Shown here: positions 25,610 through 32,286 of the stretch, piece by piece | How the letters are laid out: each line of letters opens with the position of its first letter | Position numbering within the stretch: the stretch's first letter is position 1 | Source of the DNA: Smithellaceae bacterium | GTDB taxonomy: Bacteria; Desulfobacterota; Syntrophia; Syntrophales; Smithellaceae | Length of the DNA: 32,286 nt | Direction of reading: 5' to 3' | NCBI GenBank assembly: GCA_028701435.1 | Contig: JAQVQT010000003.1 | Span: forward strand, 1-32,286 | Program-made: the position numbers and the translations under genes | The notes under the pieces: model-generated | What the model was told of the DNA's origin: nothing | What the model saw: the letters and a program-made list of their open reading frames with translations, nothing else | Databases searched by the model: none

Positions 25610-26794
25610 TTATTTTTTGTTCCGGATGCCCAGCGATTCGCACAGAATTTCCGCCGGATCGAACGCATCCATTGTGGAAAGGCCGGAAAGCTGCATGCGG
25701 CACGATCCGCAATCGGCGACAATCGCCTCCGCCCCCGTTTTGCGAATCAGCGATACGGCCCGCGCGCCCAATTCGCAAGCCGCGGCTTCGTTGGTTTTTT
25801 TGAACCCGTAGCTGCCGGAGAGTCCGCAGCAGGCGTCATCGAGAATCGCTACGTCCAGCCCCGGAATCCGCTTCATCAGATCGGCGGCCGGGTAGCCGAT
25901 TTTCAGCGCGCGCAGGTGGCAGGGAATATGGTAGGCCAGCGAGCGGTTGACTTCCCGAAAGACGGGAGAGATCTCGCGCTCCGCGATCAGCTTGAGCAGG
26001 TATTCATGCAGGTCGTAGCTGTTTTCCGCGATTTTTTTTGCCTCGGGAATTTCCAGAATCCCCTGGTAATCCTGCAGCAGACACAAACCGCAGGAGGTGC
26101 AGGTATAGACGATGTCGTATCCCGCGTCGATATAATTGGAAAGGGAAGCGACGTTTTTTTGCGCAAAGGTTCGCGCCAGCGCCAGATTGCCGTTTCCCAG
26201 CGCGGGCAGTCCGCAGCACACCTGGGGAGGCAGGACAACGTTGATTTGAAAGGACTGAAGCATTCGAATGATTTTTCTTCCGATGTCGGGCCGGTAGAAG
26301 TTGATGAAGCAACCATAGAAGAAAGCGACCTTCCGGTTTCCGCGGCTGCGGGTTTTCTTTTCCCCGCTGAGGGTTTTGAAGCTGAATTTGGGGAAGGGGA
26401 TATAGGTCGCGATGCCCATTTGCCCGAGGATTTTTTTGCCGATTTTGGTGGCGGCGATCCGGTTGGCCAGCGGCGCCGTCATCGATCCGAGCGCCGAAAG
26501 GTAGTAGTTGTTGGCAAAGAGCAGGTGCGCCGGCGAGTGGGGATGCTCCATGCCGTAGCGCTGCTGAACCCGGAGAATGATTTGCGCCGGCTCCACGCCG
26601 CAGGGACAGGCCATTTCGCAGCGTTTGCACTGGCTGCAAAGCAGCACCCAGTCGTCGATGGATTTTTCGCGGCCGATGCGGAAGCGCTGGGCGTCGGGCC
26701 CCGCCTGCTTGGGGCCGGGAAATTCCGGCTGGACCCGGAACACGGGGCAGTTTTCCACGCAAATCGTGCAGCGGATGCAGTGCTCGAACGTCAT
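25610..26794 (-). CDS. glpC: anaerobic glycerol-3-phosphate dehydrogenase subunit C
   Basis: From MTFEHCIRCTICVENCPV...CSQCKRCEMACP: two 4Fe-4S motifs followed by Cys-rich CCG-type repeats, colinear with E. coli GlpC as remembered. ATG 26794 overlaps the glpB stop (ATGA 26791-26794). The longer ORF-track start at 26938 is rejected. Confidence 0.88.
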   Translation of the reverse strand: MTFEHCIRCTICVENCPVFRVQPEFPGPKQAGPDAQRFRIGREKSIDDWVLLCSQCKRCEMACPCGVEPAQIILRVQQRYGMEHPHSPAHLLFANNYYLSALGSMTAPLANRIAATKIGKKILGQMGIATYIPFPKFSFKTLSGEKKTRSRGNRKVAFFYGCFINFYRPDIGRKIIRMLQSFQINVVLPPQVCCGLPALGNGNLALARTFAQKNVASLSNYIDAGYDIVYTCTSCGLCLLQDYQGILEIPEAKKIAENSYDLHEYLLKLIAEREISPVFREVNRSLAYHIPCHLRALKIGYPAADLMKRIPGLDVAILDDACCGLSGSYGFKKTNEAAACELGARAVSLIRKTGAEAIVADCGSCRMQLSGLSTMDAFDPAEILCESLGIRNKK

Positions 26795-27987
26795 TTCAGC
26801 CTCTCCAGGCAGGACCGGGCCGCGGCCCGTCCCGTGGCGATCGCAAAGCCGTGTCCGCAGCCGTTTTTCAGCGTTTCCGTACGGGCGAGAATGGAGCCGC
26901 AGACAAAAATATTGTTCCAGGGGGAGCCTTGCGGGCAAAACGCCTCATCCACGGGAATGCCCGCCTGGCCGATGCCGTGGTTCATGGAAAAATAATCCTG
27001 TTCAAACCAGTCATCCCGGTTTTCCGGCGCGAAGACCGGCAGATTAAAAACCTTTTCCACGATCCGATCCCGGTTCGCGTAGAGCCCCCCGCCGACAAAG
27101 GAGCCGGTGGCAAGGATAAAAGCCCGGGCGTTGAGGCTGTTGGGCCTGCCCTGCGCCTCGGTCGTAACCGCTTCAATCTGGCGGCCCGATTTTTCGACGC
27201 CGACAACCGGCCAGTTCCAGTAGATCACGCCTCCGCGCCGCCGTAGATGGTCCTTCATGACGTTAAACAGCCTTCTTCCGGGCATCGACGGTGGAAGCGT
27301 GGGGATTTCAAAGACGGGGCGCTCCAGCCGGGATTCGATTTGATTCAATACGAAAGACGAAGATTCCAGGCCCAGCACCGCGGGGAAAGCGATCTTGTCT
27401 TCACGGATATTCTGCCGCTCCAGCCACAGCAGAAAGGTTTCCAGAAAGGCGCGGTCCTCAAAATGGGCGGCGATGCCCATGGTGGTGGAAACGCCGGCAT
27501 CGTAAGAGGAAAAGGAGGCGTTGCGAAGGCGGGAGAGCAGATAGCCTGGATAAAAATCCTTGAGGCCGGTGAAGGTGATGAGGTGAATTTTTTCTTCGTC
27601 GCTTTGCGGGGAGGCGTGCATCGTCGCGGGCACCAGGCAGGTGGTTTTAAACGTGCCGATGGCCGAAAGAACGAGGCGGTTTTCTTCCAGCGTCCCCTCA
27701 TAGGGCATGTCCATGTCCGCCATCATCCGCCGGAAGTCTTCGAGGGCCTGCTTCAGCGTCTCCGGGGAGACCCGATGAAAGGGATGTTCATCGGGAAGAC
27801 CTGCGATCCCATGAAGCGGTTGGTCGCTTCGTGAGCAGACGTCAATGCAGCCGGTGGACAGGCAGGCGGTCGGTTCGCCGGCGGTGACCAGCGCCACGCG
27901 CAATTTCTGTTCGGCAAGCCAGGCGGCCGCGGTAAGACCCGCCGCGCCCGCGCCGATGACAATGACATCGTATTCAATGACGCTCAC
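26791..27987 (-). CDS. glpB: anaerobic glycerol-3-phosphate dehydrogenase subunit B
   Basis: N-terminal FAD fold YDVIVIGAGAAGLTAA and its position between glpA and glpC. GTG start at 27987 with GGAGAA 7 nt upstream. It overlaps the glpA end by 14 nt. Confidence 0.85.
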   Translation of the reverse strand: MSVIEYDVIVIGAGAAGLTAAAWLAEQKLRVALVTAGEPTACLSTGCIDVCSRSDQPLHGIAGLPDEHPFHRVSPETLKQALEDFRRMMADMDMPYEGTLEENRLVLSAIGTFKTTCLVPATMHASPQSDEEKIHLITFTGLKDFYPGYLLSRLRNASFSSYDAGVSTTMGIAAHFEDRAFLETFLLWLERQNIREDKIAFPAVLGLESSSFVLNQIESRLERPVFEIPTLPPSMPGRRLFNVMKDHLRRRGGVIYWNWPVVGVEKSGRQIEAVTTEAQGRPNSLNARAFILATGSFVGGGLYANRDRIVEKVFNLPVFAPENRDDWFEQDYFSMNHGIGQAGIPVDEAFCPQGSPWNNIFVCGSILARTETLKNGCGHGFAIATGRAAARSCLERLK

Positions 27988-29485
27988 GGGTTTTCTCCAT
28001 GGCCAGAATGCCCAGATAGATGTATTCGACCAGCTGCTCCTCCCGCAGTTGATCTCCCCACAGAGCGTAGCGGATGCCGCGGAAGCGTCTTTGCAGAAAT
28101 TCCCGAAGCGACTGCATGGACTGCTGGGCCGTCAGAACCTCCATGTCGTGCATGACGCCCAGCGCGCGAAAGGTGCAGAAGCCTCCCTGGCAGGGGCCCA
28201 TGCCGAGGCGTGTCCGGTGCGAAATGTCGCCCACGTGGCGGGTGCCGGTTTCCTGAATAATTTTTTCCACGCTGCCGCGGCTCACGAGTTCGCATTCGCA
28301 CAGGATGTTTTTCATGTTTGCCAGACGTTTGGACAGGGGATACCCGCTGAGCTCCTCCTGGCCGTCCAGCGGTTGATCGGCCGTTTCACAGTCGTGCTTC
28401 AGATTGAAGGCGTTCATAATCGTATCGACCATTTTTTCCGCCATCAGCCGGAAGGTGGTGAGCTTGCCGCCGACGATGCTGTACAGGCCGTTCTGGTGGT
28501 CGATAATCTGAAAGCCGCGCGAGATTTCCCGGCTGTCCATCTTTTGCGATCTGAGCAGGGGGCGGACCCCCGAAAAAGCGCGGATGATGCGGGCCCGGTT
28601 GAAATGCGGAATCATTCGGCCGGCCTCGCTGATGATGGCGTCCACCTCCGCGGACTGGGTCGAGAGAGCATCCGGATCTTCCACAGCCAGCGACGTGGTG
28701 CCGGCCAGACAGACCGCTTCGTTGGGAACAATGATATCCCCGTCCGAAGAAGGCCGCAGGCGGTTGATGACCATGTCGGTCAGGCGGTGATTGGTGATGA
28801 CCAGGCTGCCTTTGGAGAGCGTCAGGGGCACTTCGCAGCCGGCCAGCCTGGCCACGAGGTCGGCCCAGGCGCCGGAGGCATTGACCAGAATGTTGCCGTG
28901 GATTTCCTTTACTTCGCCCGTGGCCGCGTCGGTGGCTTTAACGCCGATGCAGCGTCCGTGGGACTGGACGATTTCCGTAACCCGGTGGCGGATGAAGCTT
29001 AGGCCTCCCTTCATCTGCGAGGTTTTCATATTGAGCAGGCACAAGCGGAAAGGATCGATCGAGCAGTCGGGAACCCGGATCGCCTCCTCGATCTCCGGGT
29101 TCAAATTGGGCACAAGCTCCAGCGCTTTGGTGGAAGAAAGAATTTCGGTCGGGATGCCGATGTCATCGCAGCTTCGCAAAAACCTTTCCCGGAAGAGCTT
29201 GGAATCGCCGGGCAGCCTCACGAACAATCCGCCGGTGCGCTCCACGCATTTTTCACCGATGCGCCGCAGGATCATGTTTTCATCGAAGCACTCTTTGGCC
29301 GCGATGGGATCGGACACCGCATAACGGCCGCCGCTGTGCAGCAGTCCGTGGCAGGCGCCGGTGGCCCCCGCCGCGAAATCGCCCTTTTCAATCAGGCAGT
29401 GAGGGATGCCCCGAAGAGCCAGGTCTCGGGCAATGCCGCACCCCGTGGCTCCTCCGCCGATAATGATGACATCCGTCTTGATCAT
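27974..29485 (-). CDS. glpA: anaerobic glycerol-3-phosphate dehydrogenase subunit A
   Basis: DVIIIGGGATGCGIARDLALRG and HGLLHSGGRYA blocks match GlpA. The C-terminal CECELV...GMGPCQGGFC is a BFD-like 2Fe-2S segment. Confidence 0.92.
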   Translation of the reverse strand: MIKTDVIIIGGGATGCGIARDLALRGIPHCLIEKGDFAAGATGACHGLLHSGGRYAVSDPIAAKECFDENMILRRIGEKCVERTGGLFVRLPGDSKLFRERFLRSCDDIGIPTEILSSTKALELVPNLNPEIEEAIRVPDCSIDPFRLCLLNMKTSQMKGGLSFIRHRVTEIVQSHGRCIGVKATDAATGEVKEIHGNILVNASGAWADLVARLAGCEVPLTLSKGSLVITNHRLTDMVINRLRPSSDGDIIVPNEAVCLAGTTSLAVEDPDALSTQSAEVDAIISEAGRMIPHFNRARIIRAFSGVRPLLRSQKMDSREISRGFQIIDHQNGLYSIVGGKLTTFRLMAEKMVDTIMNAFNLKHDCETADQPLDGQEELSGYPLSKRLANMKNILCECELVSRGSVEKIIQETGTRHVGDISHRTRLGMGPCQGGFCTFRALGVMHDMEVLTAQQSMQSLREFLQRRFRGIRYALWGDQLREEQLVEYIYLGILAMEKTRERH

Positions 29486-29515
29486 TCGATCTGATTTTTC
29501 CCCTTCTTTCCAGCC

Positions 29516-31153
<1,638 letters not shown>

Positions 31154-31234
31154 CTATAAAAACATTTGACAGGAGAAGCCCGGCGAGGATAGTCTGCTTC
31201 AGAACAAAAACCTCATCACCGGAAGTGCAAAACC

Positions 31235-32011
31235 ATGGCCACAACCATCTTTTACTATACCGGCACCGGCAACTCCCTGTGGACCGCCCGCAGACTGGCT
31301 TCTCTTCTGGAAGAGGCACAATGTGTTTCCATGAAGCGTTGCACGGATGCAAAGGTTGACTGCGGCGCCCGGCGGATCGGCCTGGTTTTCCCGGTGCACA
31401 TCTGGGGGGTGCCGCCGCCCGTCGTCGAATTTGTCAGGCGGCTGAACGTCGATCCGGCCCAATACCTGTTCGCGATGGCCGTCAACGCAGGCCAGGTCGC
31501 CGCCACCCTGATTCAGTTGCAGAGCATTTTACAAGAGAAGCAGCTTCGTCTCTCATCCGGATTTTCCATCGATCTGCCCAGCAACTATATTCCCTGGGGC
31601 GGAGCCCCGGCCCCCGACAAGCAGCAAAAGAAATTTGACGCGGTGCTTGATAAATTAAACCGGATCGCGGCGGTGGTTCGGGGTGGGGAAGAAAGTCCGC
31701 CGGAAAAGGGGCCCTTCTGGCAGAATTGGATTTTGTCCGCGCTTTACCGAATTTCGCTGCCGCATGTCACCGGGATGGATAAATCTTTTTTTGCCGATGA
31801 AAAATGCAGCGCCTGCGGGATTTGTGAAAAAATCTGCCCCGCGCGCAATATTGAGATGGCAGGAAGCAAGCCGGCCTGGCACCACCGCTGTGAACAATGC
31901 TTTGCCTGCCTCCAGTGGTGTCCGGAAGAGGCGATCCAGTACGGCAAAGGCACCCGGAACAAAAAACGCTACCGCCATCCGGAAATTTCATTGAAGGATA
32001 TGCTGGCTTAA
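31235..32011 (+). CDS. EFR1-family ferredoxin (flavodoxin-like N-domain plus 2x[4Fe-4S] C-domain)
   Basis: N-terminal IFYYTGTGNSLWTARRLA flavodoxin-like loop. Two CxxCxxCxxxCP motifs: CSACGICEKICP and CEQCFACLQWCP. Confidence 0.75.
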   Translation: MATTIFYYTGTGNSLWTARRLASLLEEAQCVSMKRCTDAKVDCGARRIGLVFPVHIWGVPPPVVEFVRRLNVDPAQYLFAMAVNAGQVAATLIQLQSILQEKQLRLSSGFSIDLPSNYIPWGGAPAPDKQQKKFDAVLDKLNRIAAVVRGGEESPPEKGPFWQNWILSALYRISLPHVTGMDKSFFADEKCSACGICEKICPARNIEMAGSKPAWHHRCEQCFACLQWCPEEAIQYGKGTRNKKRYRHPEISLKDMLA

Positions 32012-32027
32012 AAAAGAGATGGCATAG

Positions 32028-32286
32028 TTATGTCATTCTGACGGATTTTTTTTCGAAATCCTTCATTGGATAATGTTTGACATTGCCCGTTATGAGAGTG
32101 GCCTTGTGGATTGCGCACGTGGCGGCTATCAGGCAGTCGTCCAGCTCCAATTGATGACTATTAATGGTGCGTCGGTAATCTCCCGCCAGGGCTGCAATAT
32201 TTCTGTCAACATCAATCACCAGAAGGCTATCCAGTAATTTTTCAGTTGCCTCTTGCTCTGTTTCCTTCATGCCCGCATGTATCTCA
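32028..32286 (-). CDS. PIN-domain (VapC-like) toxin, C-terminal part; the reading frame runs off the window edge
   Basis: LDDCLIAATCAIHKATLITGNVKHY is the typical C-terminal PIN block (D.LIAA.A......L.T.N.K.F). The frame stays open upstream of the listed ATG up to nt 32286, so the listed Met is probably internal. Confidence 0.65.
   Translation of the reverse strand, partial: EIHAGMKETEQEATEKLLDSLLVIDVDRNIAALAGDYRRTINSHQLELDDCLIAATCAIHKATLITGNVKHYPMKDFEKKSVRMT

Noticed and set aside
26795-26938. 48-aa N-terminal extension of glpC
   Set aside because: It overlaps the glpB 3' end. The GlpC homology as remembered starts at MTFEHCIRC, and that ATG forms an ATGA junction with the glpB stop.
25565-26995. 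476-aa ORF on the plus strand
   Set aside because: It is antisense to glpC and the end of glpB. The minus-strand genes carry unambiguous 4Fe-4S and FAD motifs.
27845-29002. 385-aa ORF on the plus strand
   Set aside because: It is antisense to glpA; a shadow ORF.

Overview
This 32.3-kb window looks like one fairly GC-rich genome of an anaerobe. All family calls come from motif recognition by eye; no searches were run.

- **Left 10 kb:** an ordinary glycogen cluster, glgB (partial)-glgA-glgP-GH13-pgm, convergent with glgC.
- **Next:** a small Lys-rich DUF2934-like protein and a 4xPAS-HD-GYP phosphodiesterase.
- **About 12.75-20.3 kb, the most interesting part:** the 12.75-16.7 kb stretch is visibly more AT-rich. 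It holds a MerR-HTH / class III nucleotide cyclase fusion, transcribed divergently from a tightly packed four-gene operon.
  - The operon encodes a MinD/ParA-like ATPase with an Arg-substituted deviant Walker A, and a multi-TM HAMP protein with no output domain.
  - It also encodes a Zn-dependent MDR dehydrogenase and an 852-aa protein. The C-terminal ~470 aa of that protein follow the block order of S-adenosylhomocysteine hydrolase.
  - The divergent intergenic region has back-to-back sigma70-like promoters sharing one -35. One has a MerR-style 20-nt spacer. Six copies of a TATACAG motif lie across it.
  - I know of no described system with this composition.
- **Convergent intergenic region upstream of the island:** a small cluster of DnaA-box-like 9-mers.
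- **Right half:** a mitochondrial-EFG1-like EF-G paralogue with an orphan RecA-like ATPase, an acyl-CoA synthetase, glpK-glpABC (with a perfect 28-bp palindrome at the glpK/glpA junction), an EFR1-type ferredoxin, and a PIN toxin cut by the window edge.

No rRNA, tRNA, CRISPR array, transposase or integrase was seen.
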